This document shows, one piece after another, positions 1-10,317 of a stretch of DNA of 64,000 bases. Within the stretch, counting starts at the first letter, position 1. Every line of letters starts with the position of its first letter. The stretch comes from an uncultured Ignavibacteria bacterium (GTDB lineage Bacteria > Zixibacteria > MSB-5A5 > JAABVY01), in assembly GCA_964496505.1 (NCBI GenBank), contig CAZBZV010000002.1, positions 37,179 through 101,178 of the forward strand, given 5' to 3'. A model generated the notes under the pieces. That model had not been told where the DNA came from and searched no databases. It worked only from the letters and a program-made list of their open reading frames with translations. Position numbers and translations under genes: made by a program.

Positions 1-2
1 CG

Positions 3-1133
3 AATTCGAGCTTCTACAGCAGAGGCGCCGAAATCTCTACAGTGAACAGGGCTGTGTTGGTGTTGGGGGCGTCCATGGTCAAATGCCTCGCTCTTTCTGT
101 GGCGATCTTCAATCCGGTTGGTGAAATTAAAAAGAAACTGGATTTTGACATCAGATCGCTTTACACACATTACCTGAGCACCGCTATCGGCGCCAGGCAG
201 CTTGCGGAGACAACAGGTTTTGCCAAAACCGAAGAGGCCTTTACTGCCGGTTTGCTTCATGATATCGGGATGATATATATTCTCAAGGTCGCGCCAGCGG
301 ATTATGTTGATCTTTTAAGACAGTATGAGCACGGCGAAGATCTGGTTAAACTTGAGCGGGATTTGTTCGATACCGATCATGCCGAGGTGGGCTATCTGAT
401 AAGCCGCAAATGGAAACTCCCGGCAGGCCTTCAGAATGCCATCGGTAATCACCACCGTATAACCAGCTACGATAATTTCTCGAGCTATGAAAAGCTCGAT
501 CAGATTGTAGCTCTGGCCAACTTGATTAACAGGCATGTTTTCTCTTCATCGGGATGTTATGTTGAAGAAAACCTCCAGCAGATTTCCAATCTGCTTAAAT
601 CTTTGGATCTTGATGAAGATGTTATCACCGAAATAAACGACAGAAACCTGCAGGAAACCTTCAAGGCCGCAGAGCATATCGGCATGGAAATCGGCGATCC
701 CCTGACTCTTCTGGAAAAAGCGAACCGCCAGATTATGCGCTCCTATTTGACGGTAGAATCGCTCTTTAAGGAACGCCAGGAGCTCTCAAAGCAGATCATC
801 GAGGAGGAGCATAAGCTGGGCGCCATGAAGTCCAAAAATATCGCCGTGGCCACACTCTCGCATTATATCAACAATGCCGCTACCGCAATCTCCGGGCGAA
901 TTCAGCTTATGGAAATGCTTTTGAAGAATGACAAAATCATCGATAAGGATGGCAAGCTGGCTCCGGCTCTGGAGATTATCGATGCTTCTCTTTCCAAGAT
1001 TCTTGCGGTGCTGGCCGAGCTTAAATCGCTGACCTCTCTTGATGATGTCAAGTTCTATAAGGATTCGAGCACGATCAATATTGACGAGAATATCTCCCAG
1101 CGTCTGAAAACAATGAAGAAGGTCATGGGCTAA
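3..1133 (+). CDS. HDOD-domain signalling protein. The reading frame stays open to the window edge, so the gene is probably truncated at its 5' end; the ORF track gives 42..1133.
   Basis: The motif GLLHDIGMIYIL is typical of HDOD domains. There is no in-frame stop upstream back to position 3. The C-terminal third resembles a coiled-coil or DHp-like segment. Confidence 0.55.
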   Translation, partial: NSSFYSRGAEISTVNRAVLVLGASMVKCLALSVAIFNPVGEIKKKLDFDIRSLYTHYLSTAIGARQLAETTGFAKTEEAFTAGLLHDIGMIYILKVAPADYVDLLRQYEHGEDLVKLERDLFDTDHAEVGYLISRKWKLPAGLQNAIGNHHRITSYDNFSSYEKLDQIVALANLINRHVFSSSGCYVEENLQQISNLLKSLDLDEDVITEINDRNLQETFKAAEHIGMEIGDPLTLLEKANRQIMRSYLTVESLFKERQELSKQIIEEEHKLGAMKSKNIAVATLSHYINNAATAISGRIQLMEMLLKNDKIIDKDGKLAPALEIIDASLSKILAVLAELKSLTSLDDVKFYKDSSTINIDENISQRLKTMKKVMG

Positions 1134-1274
1134 AAGCCTTGGCTCCATCTTTCCACAAAATCCTTTTTTATTTTTTGCTCTTGATTTATCCCCATTTTAT
1201 TATTTAGCTTAATCTGAAAATTGAATATTGCAAGACCTGCTGCTTTACTCTCATGGCAAGGAGGCCGTTAATAA

Positions 1275-2258
1275 ATGCTAAAAACGACCATATCCAATGC
1301 ATATCCGAAAATCCCCAAGGACAAGCGAGAGAAAAACTTACGCAAAGCAATCAACAGATTCGAAAAGGGAAAAATCTCACCGGAGGATCTGGAAGATTAT
1401 TATATCAATGCCATTGAAAAAGCCGTCAATTACCAGAATGAGGCAGATCTCGATCTCGTTACCGATGGCCTGATTCGATGGGACGATCCTTTCAGCCGCT
1501 TTTCTGAAGGTGTGAAAAATCTCGAGCGCGGCGGGCTGGTGAGATATTTCGACAATAATACATACTACAGGAAACCCGTTATTAAAGGCGAATTGAAATT
1601 CGAGAAATCCGTGTTAGTGGATGATTTCAAACTGGCCTCTGAGCTAAGTGATGCTCCCGTCAAAGCTGTACTGCCCTCCCCATATACATTCTCAATGATG
1701 CTCGAAGATGACTACTATTTTGACCAGAGACGGATGATCGAACCGATTTGCGAAATCCTTGCCGAGGAGGTTCGGCAGTTAAAAGATGCCGGCTGCCTGG
1801 TAGTCCAGTTTGAAGAACCTGTGCTACTTACAAATCCGGCAGCCGTGGAATGGACGTCCTACTGGTTTAATCAGATCGTATCGCAATTCGATCTGGAATT
1901 CTGGCTATGCTTTTATTTCGGCGAATTCTCCGTAATAGGGGAATGGGTGAACGCATTCAAGGCCGATTGTATAGCGGTGGATTTGGTCAGCCATCCCGAT
2001 GATTTCGGAGCATTCTGCAAAATCGAAACCGATAAGAAGCGGTGTTTCGGTTTAATTGATTCACGCGATATCGAGATGGAAGATGAGAAAGAGCTGATGA
2101 AAAAACTGGATCGTATCAATGATGCAGTCAACGGCAATAATTTTTATGTTTCCACGTCAGCCAGCCTGGAATTTCTGCCGCCCAAAGAAGCTTATGAAAA
2201 ATTAAATCTGCTGGGAGGTCTGAAGAAGAAATTTAACGAGGATGAAGGCGATGCTTGA
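1275..2258 (+). CDS. Short MetE-like (beta-alpha)8 barrel protein from the cobalamin-independent methionine synthase / UroD-like family. The zinc ligands appear to be missing.
   Basis: The N-terminus (TTISNAYPKIPKD...DLVTDGLIRWDD) parallels the downstream paralog and MetE C-terminal domains. The expected His-x-Cys and DCG zinc ligand positions instead read LCFYFG and STSASL. The gene overlaps the next gene by 17 bp. Confidence 0.5.
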   Translation: MLKTTISNAYPKIPKDKREKNLRKAINRFEKGKISPEDLEDYYINAIEKAVNYQNEADLDLVTDGLIRWDDPFSRFSEGVKNLERGGLVRYFDNNTYYRKPVIKGELKFEKSVLVDDFKLASELSDAPVKAVLPSPYTFSMMLEDDYYFDQRRMIEPICEILAEEVRQLKDAGCLVVQFEEPVLLTNPAAVEWTSYWFNQIVSQFDLEFWLCFYFGEFSVIGEWVNAFKADCIAVDLVSHPDDFGAFCKIETDKKRCFGLIDSRDIEMEDEKELMKKLDRINDAVNGNNFYVSTSASLEFLPPKEAYEKLNLLGGLKKKFNEDEGDA

Positions 2259-3216
2259 GACAACCACAGTGGGATCATTTCCCAAACCGGACTATCTTCT
2301 CAAGGCACGAAGCAGTTTCGAGAGGAAAAAGATTGGACGGGCCAAGCTCACTGAACTCGAAAAACAGGCTACTGAGGAATGCATCCGTTTGCAGGAGCGT
2401 CTGGGCCTGGATATTCTGGTAACCGGCGAGATGGAGCGCGGCGATATGGCAACGTATTTTGCAGAGCAGCTTGAGGGTATGTCGGTATCCGGGCTGGTGC
2501 GTTCTTACGGCAATCGCTATTATCGCAAACCGATTGTTGAAGGGGAGATCAAACGTAAGAAGCAGATGACTGTGGCGATGTGGAAGTTCGCGCAGTCTCT
2601 TACCGATAAACCGGTCAAAGCGAATTTAACCGGACCGTATACACTCTGCGACTGGTCATTCAACAGGCATTACAAAACGCGCCGGGATATTATTATGGCT
2701 TTCGCAGAAGCGCTGAGGGCGGAAGTGAAAGAGCTCGAATCCGCCGGGGCGAAGTATATTCAAATCGACGAGCCCGCCCTTTCCACCCGTCCGCATGAGA
2801 TCGATACGGCAGTCGAAGCTATGAAGAAAATCACGGAAGGTGTGGAGGCATATACAATAGCACATATATGTTACGGAGATCTGTCCACGGTTTATCCGAA
2901 GCTTCTGGAGCTCCCGGTAAAAAACCTCGACCTGGAATTTGCTAACTCCAATTTCAGAAATATGGAAGTATTCAGGGAGCCGAAAGTGGATATGGATATA
3001 TCTATTGGCGTGATAGATATACATTCGCATATAGTTGAGCCCAAAGAGCATATAAAGGACGGGCTCAGAAAAGCTCTGGATATATTCGATTCGAATAAAA
3101 TGTTCGTCAGTCCCGACTGCGGACTCAAAACCAGGACGCTTTCAGAGACCGAGGCCAAACTCACGGTCATGATCGAAGCAGTGAAGGAAATCAAAGAGGA
3201 ATACGGCTTCGAATAA
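2242..3216 (+). CDS. Short MetE-like (core-MetE type) methyltransferase barrel with its zinc site intact
   Basis: Matching motifs are TTTVGSFPKPDYL, ILVTGEMERGDM, IAHICYGD (His-x-Cys) and SPDCGLK. These fit the MetE C-terminal catalytic-domain zinc ligands. Confidence 0.65.
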   Translation: MKAMLETTTVGSFPKPDYLLKARSSFERKKIGRAKLTELEKQATEECIRLQERLGLDILVTGEMERGDMATYFAEQLEGMSVSGLVRSYGNRYYRKPIVEGEIKRKKQMTVAMWKFAQSLTDKPVKANLTGPYTLCDWSFNRHYKTRRDIIMAFAEALRAEVKELESAGAKYIQIDEPALSTRPHEIDTAVEAMKKITEGVEAYTIAHICYGDLSTVYPKLLELPVKNLDLEFANSNFRNMEVFREPKVDMDISIGVIDIHSHIVEPKEHIKDGLRKALDIFDSNKMFVSPDCGLKTRTLSETEAKLTVMIEAVKEIKEEYGFE

Positions 3217-3298
3217 TCCGCGCAGTTCTTGCCAAAATCATCCACAGGTGTTATTATATCAGATTGAAATCGATCTATCAAACAGTCATGGAGGATAA

Positions 3299-4795
3299 AT
3301 GAAATTCGACTCTCAGATTACAAAGCTTTCCAAAATAAAAACCGACTGCCTTGCGCTTCCGGTTTTTGAGTCTGCTCCCAAAGATAATCCGCATCTGAAG
3401 GATTTTCCCAAAGCTGTCTCCGACCAGGTTGCAGCCTTATTTAGAAGCGAGGTCGTAAACGGCAAAGAGGGGAATGGCTATCTTCTCAAAGTGGACGGCA
3501 AACATGGTTTCGAATATTTATATATTCAGGGTGTAGGCAAAAAAGGTGATCTTAATCACGACACAATACGGAAATTCGGGGGGAATCTAGCCTCGGGCTT
3601 AAAGGGAATGAAGTTCAAAAATGCCGCGGTATATATTCCCAAATCATTGAAGATCGGCAGTGACCTTTCCGTTATTTCTCAGATGGCCGTAGAGGGGATG
3701 CTTCTCGGATCATACGAGCTGTTGAAATACAAGTCCAAACCAAATCAAAAAGCACTGCCGGCAAAAGTTAGTTTCGTTCTGCCGGAAAGCTGGGACAAGC
3801 GCAGTTTCAATGCCGGGCTCGAGGTCGGCGAAATCATGGCCTGGGGACAGAATCTTTCACGCGACCTGATTGGCCATCCCTCGAATTATCTTACGCCTAT
3901 CGAGCTGGCAAAAACCGCCAAATCAATGGCGCGTAAATTCGGTTTTAAGTGCGAGGTTTTGACAAAAACCCAGATCCAGCGCCTGAAGATGAACTGTGTG
4001 CTGGCAGTCAATGCCGGTTCGAAAGAACCGCCCCAGTTTATTATCATGAAATATAAGGGACCGCGTTCGAAAAAGAATCCGGTATGCCTGGTGGGGAAGG
4101 GGATCACATTCGACTCCGGTGGAATATCGCTCAAGAAAGCGCAAGATATGGATCAGATGAAGGGTGATATGGGCGGCGCCGCATGCGTGCTGGCATCAGT
4201 AACGGTGGCGGCTCGCCTGAAGCTTCCCATTAATCTGGTCGGGCTTATCCCGGCAACCGATAATCTGCCCTCAGGTTCGGCTTACAAGCCGGGAGATATC
4301 CTGACTGCCATGAACGGCAAGACAATCGAGGTTTTGAATACGGATGCTGAAGGGCGCCTGATTCTTGCTGATGCGCTCTCCTATGCGCAGCGATTGAAGC
4401 CGGAAGCGATTATCGATGTGGCTACCCTCACGGGAGCGTCAATAGTTGCGCTGGGTTATGTCAGTTCAGCTTTATTCACCAATGATAATAAGCTGCGCAG
4501 GCTGCTCAATCGCGGTTCGGAAAAATCCAGCGAGAAAACCTGGGAGCTTCCCTTGTGGAAGGAATATCAGGAGCAGATCAAATCGTCGATTGCCGATATT
4601 AAAAATACCGGCGGGCGTCCCGCAGGCTCATGCACAGCCGCAGCATTTCTGAATAATTTTACCGGCAAGTATCCCTGGGCGCATCTGGATATCGCCGCGG
4701 TTGATATCGTCTTTAACGGCGGCGCTTATACTCCTAAAGGGCCAAGCGGCTACGGCGTCAGGCTGGTAAGCGAATTTTTGCGAGAATGGAAATAA
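3299..4795 (+). CDS. pepA: Leucyl aminopeptidase (M17 family)
   Basis: The NTDAEGRLILADAL signature of M17 peptidases is present. The length, 498 aa, is also consistent. Confidence 0.85.
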   Translation: MKFDSQITKLSKIKTDCLALPVFESAPKDNPHLKDFPKAVSDQVAALFRSEVVNGKEGNGYLLKVDGKHGFEYLYIQGVGKKGDLNHDTIRKFGGNLASGLKGMKFKNAAVYIPKSLKIGSDLSVISQMAVEGMLLGSYELLKYKSKPNQKALPAKVSFVLPESWDKRSFNAGLEVGEIMAWGQNLSRDLIGHPSNYLTPIELAKTAKSMARKFGFKCEVLTKTQIQRLKMNCVLAVNAGSKEPPQFIIMKYKGPRSKKNPVCLVGKGITFDSGGISLKKAQDMDQMKGDMGGAACVLASVTVAARLKLPINLVGLIPATDNLPSGSAYKPGDILTAMNGKTIEVLNTDAEGRLILADALSYAQRLKPEAIIDVATLTGASIVALGYVSSALFTNDNKLRRLLNRGSEKSSEKTWELPLWKEYQEQIKSSIADIKNTGGRPAGSCTAAAFLNNFTGKYPWAHLDIAAVDIVFNGGAYTPKGPSGYGVRLVSEFLREWK

Positions 4796-4804
4796 AGAAG
4801 ACCG

Positions 4805-4838
4805 AAAAAAACCGCCCTCTTTCAAGGGCGGTTTTTTT
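4805..4838. terminator. Rho-independent terminator, bidirectional, sitting between convergent genes
   Basis: An A-run is followed by the hairpin CCGCCCT-ctttca-AGGGCGG and then a T-run. Confidence 0.6.
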
Positions 4839-4858
4839 ATATCCGTATGAATTTGTGT

Positions 4859-5848
4859 TTATTTCGTCCAGGCCGGATTGGAATCATTCCCCGGTCCGGA
4901 AATACGTTTCATATCTGTGCCATCAAGATTAATGGTATATATTGCGCCGTTGGAGGTGCCGAAAGCGACTTTGCTTCCGTCGGGCGCCCAGCTCGGCATA
5001 CCCGAGACCCAGAGGCCCTCCTCCGGCTGGCAGATCAATCTTTCTCCGCTTAGATCGGCATTGGCAACATATACCCCATCATCCTTAAGAAACAGGATCT
5101 TGGTACCATCGGGCGACCAGTCCGGCGAACTTCCTCCGGGATTGTTTTCGGCAGTCTCGATCAGTACTTCGCCGGTGGGCATCTCGCCTTCCAGGGGCAG
5201 TACGATCATACCCAGCTTCTGCATGCCGGTTTTCTTCAATTCCCCCAGCACGAAACAAACCTTACTGCCATCGGGAGAGATCGAAGGCATCAACGGGAAT
5301 AGCTGCCGGTCGGTTCTGGGCAGCTCCATATGGCTGAATGTTTCCGTGTCGGTATCATAAAAGCCGATTGAATATTCCGGCAGGGTGGCATCCACGATAT
5401 TGCCCATTCTGTCGTATGTGAAGCTGATCGTTTTCCCGTCATCTGACCAATCGGGAGATTTCGAGCCGAGCGTATTCGTAACCCCCATCCAGAAATTCTT
5501 GCGCTGGGGAAGGCTGTCAGTAAAGGCGTAGAACAGATCATACAAAAAGTGATAGCCGCCGCCGCCCTCGGGATATTTGATTTCCACTTTTCCCTGCCGG
5601 CTGAATGCCAGACGTTTATTGTCCGGCGCCCAGGACATGCGTCCGGTGGCATTGGCGATTCCCACCACAAAGGGGCGCTGATTGGAACCGTCGGGATTCA
5701 TAAGCCAGACGTCGCCATTACGAATAAAGGCGATCTGCTCCCCCATTGAATCTGTCTGAGTCCCCTGCGCCGAGGCTGTTTCGGTTACGTAAATGCTTGT
5801 CATTAAACTAAATAGAAAAAGCAAAGTAAATAAACTGAATCTCTTCAT
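4859..5848 (-). CDS. TolB-like periplasmic beta-propeller protein with a signal peptide
   Basis: Repeated PDGS, SPDWSPDG and SWAPDG motifs are characteristic of WD40-like TolB propeller blades. The signal peptide reads MKRFSLFTLLFLFSLMTSIYVTETASA. The start was chosen at the internal Met because a signal peptide follows it. Confidence 0.6.
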   Translation of the reverse strand: MKRFSLFTLLFLFSLMTSIYVTETASAQGTQTDSMGEQIAFIRNGDVWLMNPDGSNQRPFVVGIANATGRMSWAPDNKRLAFSRQGKVEIKYPEGGGGYHFLYDLFYAFTDSLPQRKNFWMGVTNTLGSKSPDWSDDGKTISFTYDRMGNIVDATLPEYSIGFYDTDTETFSHMELPRTDRQLFPLMPSISPDGSKVCFVLGELKKTGMQKLGMIVLPLEGEMPTGEVLIETAENNPGGSSPDWSPDGTKILFLKDDGVYVANADLSGERLICQPEEGLWVSGMPSWAPDGSKVAFGTSNGAIYTINLDGTDMKRISGPGNDSNPAWTK

Positions 5849-5966
5849 TTGCAGTCCTTTCGTTTCCCGTTTATACACGCAATTCGGCTCGCCGTTGCGG
5901 AATTTTTGGACTATAATAGATATTTCAAATTCTGTCAAATTTTATTTGCATTAGCATATCTAAATC

Positions 5967-5996
5967 AAAAGGCAGCCGATATGACTGCCTTTTTTA
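5967..5996 (-). terminator. Terminator downstream of the PFOR gene
   Basis: The hairpin GGCAG-ccgatatga-CTGCC is flanked by an A-run and a T-run. Confidence 0.45.
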
Positions 5997-6020
5997 TTAT
6001 CGGAAATATGTTCGATTGCC

Positions 6021-9000
6021 TTACTTGCTTCCGTTTCCATCCATACTGTAATCCATCTCAGCCATCTGTCTGTAGATATTCCATCTTCGATTGGCATCCT
6101 GCTGAGCGAGCTTCATCAACATAGCCGCTCTTTCCGGATCAGAGACCTTCAGAGTTCGCCATCTGTTCTCGCCGTAAGCATATTCCTCATACGGGATCGA
6201 AGGCTCTTTGGAATCGAGCTGGAGAGGGTTCTTGCCCTGGTCCATCAGAGCCGGGTTGTAACGGTAAAGCATCCAGTGTCCCGATTTAACCGCTTTATCC
6301 ATTTCAGAAAGACCGTTGATCATATTGATACCGTGTGCGATGCAGTTGGCGTAAGCGATTATTATCGACGGACCGGGATAGGATTCGGCCTCCATGAAGG
6401 CTCTGACTGTCTGGTTATGACTGGCGCCCATCGCTACCTGAGCAATGTAAACATTTCCATACGCCATCAGCATCATTCCCAGATCTTTCTTGGCGCTGGG
6501 GCGTCCTGCAGCTGCAAACTGAGCAGTAGCTCCTCGCGGGGTAGCCTTGGACATCTGACCGCCAGTATTTGAATAAACTTCAGTATCCAGCACGAGGATA
6601 TTTATGTCCCGTCCGGAAGCCATAACATGATCCAGGCCGCCGTAGCCTATATCATAAGCCCAGCCGTCACCGCCGACAGCCCATACCGACTTCTTGACCA
6701 GATAATCTGCGATTGAGTCGAGAATCATAGCATCCTCGGTGTCCATGCCCTGAAGTTTCTTTCTCAGCGCTCCGATACGCTCACGCTGTTTATCGATTGC
6801 AACCGGATCGCTCTGGTCCGCATTGGCAATTTCGTCATACATATCAGGTACGACTTTCTGCAAAAGCTCTCTGGCAAATTCGGACATTTTATCGGCGTTT
6901 AAGCGCATACCGAATGCGAACTCGGCATTATCCTCGAAAAGCGAATTTGACCAGGTCGGGCCCCTGCCGTCATCACGCTTGGTATACGGAGTTGTCGGCA
7001 GGTTGCCGCCATATATCGATGAGCATCCGGTAGCGTTGCCGATCAATGCCCGGTCACCGAACAACTGCGAGAGCAGTTTGACGTATGGTGTTTCACCGCA
7101 GCCTGAACATGCTCCCGAGAACTCGAATAGCGGTCTGACAAACTGACTGCCCTTGACCGTCTTGATCTTATAGGTCGAGGGATCAGTCTCCGGCAGCTTC
7201 AGGAAGAAGTCCCAGTTTTCGGCTTCCTGCTTGCGCAGGGGCGCCTGGAGGGACATGTTGATCGCTTTCTTGTCGGTTTTCTTGCCATCGATCTTCTCGT
7301 AGGCGGGGCAGACCTGCACGCACAGCTCGCATCCGGTACAATCCTCCGGTGCAATCTGAAGCGAGTAAACCTCGCCGTTCTTATAACCTTTGGCCTTGGC
7401 CGACTTAAATGTCTCCGGTGCATCCTCAAGATGCTTGGGATCGTAAACCTTTGGCCGGATAGTGCCGTGAGGACAGACAATCGCACAGATATTACATTGT
7501 ATGCAGATATCCGGCTCCCAGACAGGAATGTCGACAGCGATATTGCGTTTCTCGTACTGAGTGGTTCCGGTCATATAGGCGCCGTCGAACGGGAAGGCCG
7601 AGACCGGGAGCTCATGGCCCTTGCCCCGGATGATTTCCGCCGTAACATTCTGCACGAACTCAGGCGCATATTCCGGCACCGTCGGAGGCATGCTGATTTC
7701 GCTGGTAACCTCTTTCGGATAATCGACCTTGTGATAGTTCTTCAGAGCGGCGTCGACAGCGTCATAATTCATCTGCACGACCTTCTCGCCCTTACGGCCG
7801 TATGTCTTTTGAATTGCATCCTTAATAGCCTTAATCGCCTCATCCTTCGGAAGAATCTCGGTGATCGCGAAGAAAGCGGTCTGCATTATCATATTGATCC
7901 TGGCGCCCAGTCCAAGTTCTTTGGCCAGATCAATACCGTCTATAACATAGAAGTCCAGCTTCTTATCGATGATCTGCTGTTGTACTTCCTTAGGCATCTT
8001 GTCCCAGACGTCGTCCGGACCGTACATGCTGTTCAGCAGGAATGTACCGCCCTCGATAATATGCTCGAGCATATTGATCTTTTCGAGGAATGTGAAGTTA
8101 TGACAGGCGATGAAATTCGCCTTGGTGATCAGGTAGGGACGCTGGATCTCATTGGGACCGAAGCGCACATGAGAAATTGTAATTGCCCCTGCTTTCTTTG
8201 AGTCGTAAACGAAATAACCCTGAGCGTAATAATCCGTATTTTCGCCAATGATCTTGATCGAGTTCTTGTTGGCGCCCACAGTACCGTCTGCACCCAAACC
8301 GTAAAACATACCGCGGAAAACATCCTCGCCCTCGATATCGAAATCGGGATCGAAGTCGAGGCTGGTATTGGTAACGTCATCTTTAATGCCGATTGTGAAG
8401 TGATCCCTGGGATCGTCTTCCTTCAGGTTGTCGAGCACTGCCTTAGCCATTCCCGGATTGAATTCGGCCGAACCGAGACCATAACGTCCGCCCACGATAA
8501 TCGGCCTCTCGTCGAATTTACTCCAGCCCTTATGCATTGCCTCAACGACTCCGGTCTGAATATCGGTGTAAAGCGGTTCGCCCACCGATCCGGCTTCCTT
8601 GGTTCTGTCCAGAACGGCGATCTTTTTGACCGTCGCGGGCAATGCCTCGGCCATAGCCTTGATCGAGAAGGGACGATAAAGACGTACTTTTATCAGACCG
8701 ACCTTTTCGCCCTGCTCATTGAGGTAGTTAACGGTCTCATGCATAGTCTCCGAGCCGGTACCCATCATGAATACTACCCGCTCGGCTTCGGGATGTCCGA
8801 AGTAATCGAATAATTTGTATTGCCGTCCGACTATCTTGGCGAATTTATCCATCTCTTCCTGAACTATATCAGGGGCGGCATCATAATATTTATTTACTGT
8901 CTCACGGGATGCGAAGAAGACATCGGGATTTTGAGAAGTGCCCTTCAAGACCGGATGCTCCGGATTCATGGCTCTATCCCGGTGTTTTTTGATATATTCG

Positions 9001-9641
9001 TACGGCAGCATCGCCCGCATATCATCAAAGGCTATTTCCTCGACCTTGGAAATCTCGTGAGAAGTTCTGAAACCATCGAAGAAATGCACGAACGGTATCA
9101 GGCTCCTGAGTGAAGCCGCCTGGGTTATGAGCGCCAGATCCATGACTTCCTGCACTGAACCTGATGCCATCAGGCCGAACCCGGTGGAACGGGTGGCCAT
9201 AACATCCGAGTGATCTCCAAATATCGAGAGAGCATGTGTTGCAACCGCACGCGCCGAAACATGAAATACAACCGGAGTGAGCTCACCGGCTATCTTAAAC
9301 ATATTCGGTATCATCAGAAGAAGCCCCTGTGAAGCGGTAAAGGTGGTAGTAAGAGCGCCGGTTGTAATAGCGCCGTGCACAGCGCCGGAGGCTCCGCCCT
9401 CGGACTGCATCTCAACCACAGTCGGTATCGTTCCCCAGACATTTCTCTCGCCTGCGGCGGATTTGGCATCGGCCATCTCACCCATATTCGAAGAAGGCGT
9501 AATCGGATATATAGCAATTACCTCATTTGTCGCATGAGCCACATAAGCGGCGGCGGTGTTGCCGTCGATAGTGACCATCCTGCGCTTTTTATCAGAAGAC
9601 ATCGCCTGCTCCAATTCTTTTGCTTTTGTTTCTGAATCCAT
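6021..9641 (-). CDS. nifJ: Pyruvate:ferredoxin (flavodoxin) oxidoreductase, single-chain PFOR
   Basis: The protein is 1206 aa. It carries two 4Fe-4S ferredoxin motifs (CIQCNICAIVCP and CTGCELCVQVCP), a GGDGWAYDIGYGG thiamine-pyrophosphate-binding motif and an N-terminal TIDGNTAAAYVA segment. Confidence 0.9.
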   Translation of the reverse strand: MDSETKAKELEQAMSSDKKRRMVTIDGNTAAAYVAHATNEVIAIYPITPSSNMGEMADAKSAAGERNVWGTIPTVVEMQSEGGASGAVHGAITTGALTTTFTASQGLLLMIPNMFKIAGELTPVVFHVSARAVATHALSIFGDHSDVMATRSTGFGLMASGSVQEVMDLALITQAASLRSLIPFVHFFDGFRTSHEISKVEEIAFDDMRAMLPYEYIKKHRDRAMNPEHPVLKGTSQNPDVFFASRETVNKYYDAAPDIVQEEMDKFAKIVGRQYKLFDYFGHPEAERVVFMMGTGSETMHETVNYLNEQGEKVGLIKVRLYRPFSIKAMAEALPATVKKIAVLDRTKEAGSVGEPLYTDIQTGVVEAMHKGWSKFDERPIIVGGRYGLGSAEFNPGMAKAVLDNLKEDDPRDHFTIGIKDDVTNTSLDFDPDFDIEGEDVFRGMFYGLGADGTVGANKNSIKIIGENTDYYAQGYFVYDSKKAGAITISHVRFGPNEIQRPYLITKANFIACHNFTFLEKINMLEHIIEGGTFLLNSMYGPDDVWDKMPKEVQQQIIDKKLDFYVIDGIDLAKELGLGARINMIMQTAFFAITEILPKDEAIKAIKDAIQKTYGRKGEKVVQMNYDAVDAALKNYHKVDYPKEVTSEISMPPTVPEYAPEFVQNVTAEIIRGKGHELPVSAFPFDGAYMTGTTQYEKRNIAVDIPVWEPDICIQCNICAIVCPHGTIRPKVYDPKHLEDAPETFKSAKAKGYKNGEVYSLQIAPEDCTGCELCVQVCPAYEKIDGKKTDKKAINMSLQAPLRKQEAENWDFFLKLPETDPSTYKIKTVKGSQFVRPLFEFSGACSGCGETPYVKLLSQLFGDRALIGNATGCSSIYGGNLPTTPYTKRDDGRGPTWSNSLFEDNAEFAFGMRLNADKMSEFARELLQKVVPDMYDEIANADQSDPVAIDKQRERIGALRKKLQGMDTEDAMILDSIADYLVKKSVWAVGGDGWAYDIGYGGLDHVMASGRDINILVLDTEVYSNTGGQMSKATPRGATAQFAAAGRPSAKKDLGMMLMAYGNVYIAQVAMGASHNQTVRAFMEAESYPGPSIIIAYANCIAHGINMINGLSEMDKAVKSGHWMLYRYNPALMDQGKNPLQLDSKEPSIPYEEYAYGENRWRTLKVSDPERAAMLMKLAQQDANRRWNIYRQMAEMDYSMDGNGSK

Positions 9642-9710
9642 ATATTAACTCTTTCTGTTTATAATCCTCAATTAAAGCCCTTCATATTTGCTTGTCAACT
9701 TTATACGTTA

Positions 9711-10265
9711 TTAAAGCCGTGGAAGAGTAATATTAACCTGCTTTTGGTATTTTCCCTTTTTGTCTTTATACGAAGTTTCGCATACCTCATCGGCTTCGAG
9801 GAAGATTATCTGAGCGATCCCCTCATTGGCATAGATTTTGGCCGGAAGGGGGGTGGTATTGGATATTTCGAGAGTTGCATGCCCTTCCCATTCCGGTTCG
9901 AAAGGTGTCACATTAACAATAATTCCGCAGCGTGCATATGTCGATTTTCCCAGACAAAGGGTCAGGATGTTGCGCGGTATCTTGAAATATTCTACCGTGC
10001 GTGCCAGAGCAAATGAGTTGGGTGGCACAAGTATCGATTTGGCCTTAATGCTCTTGAGCATGTTATTGGTGAATTTCTTGGGATCGACAATATCTGAATT
10101 GACATTGGTGAAAATCAAAAATTCATCAGATACCCGAATATCATATCCGTATGACGACAGGCCGTAGGAAATTTTATTATTGCGAATTTGTTTGCTGGAA
10201 AAAGGTTTTATCATGCCCTCTTTTTTGGCCATCTTCCTGATCCATGTGTCAGATTTAATCGGCAT
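9711..10265 (-). CDS. dcd: dCTP deaminase
   Basis: The protein is 184 aa. The N-terminus [22 protein letters not shown] is typical of Dcd. Confidence 0.8.
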   Translation of the reverse strand: MPIKSDTWIRKMAKKEGMIKPFSSKQIRNNKISYGLSSYGYDIRVSDEFLIFTNVNSDIVDPKKFTNNMLKSIKAKSILVPPNSFALARTVEYFKIPRNILTLCLGKSTYARCGIIVNVTPFEPEWEGHATLEISNTTPLPAKIYANEGIAQIIFLEADEVCETSYKDKKGKYQKQVNITLPRL

Positions 10266-10317
10266 ATTCCTCCAATAGATTTTTAGGTAGTTATGGTTTT
10301 GCGTCCTGAGGATAATA

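Noticed and set aside
6276-9635. Numerous 60-250-aa ORFs on the plus strand inside the PFOR gene, for example 7431..8201 and 8400..8813
   Set aside because: They are antisense to a well-supported 1206-aa conserved gene. Their compositions are low-complexity or Arg-rich, typical of spurious reverse-frame ORFs.
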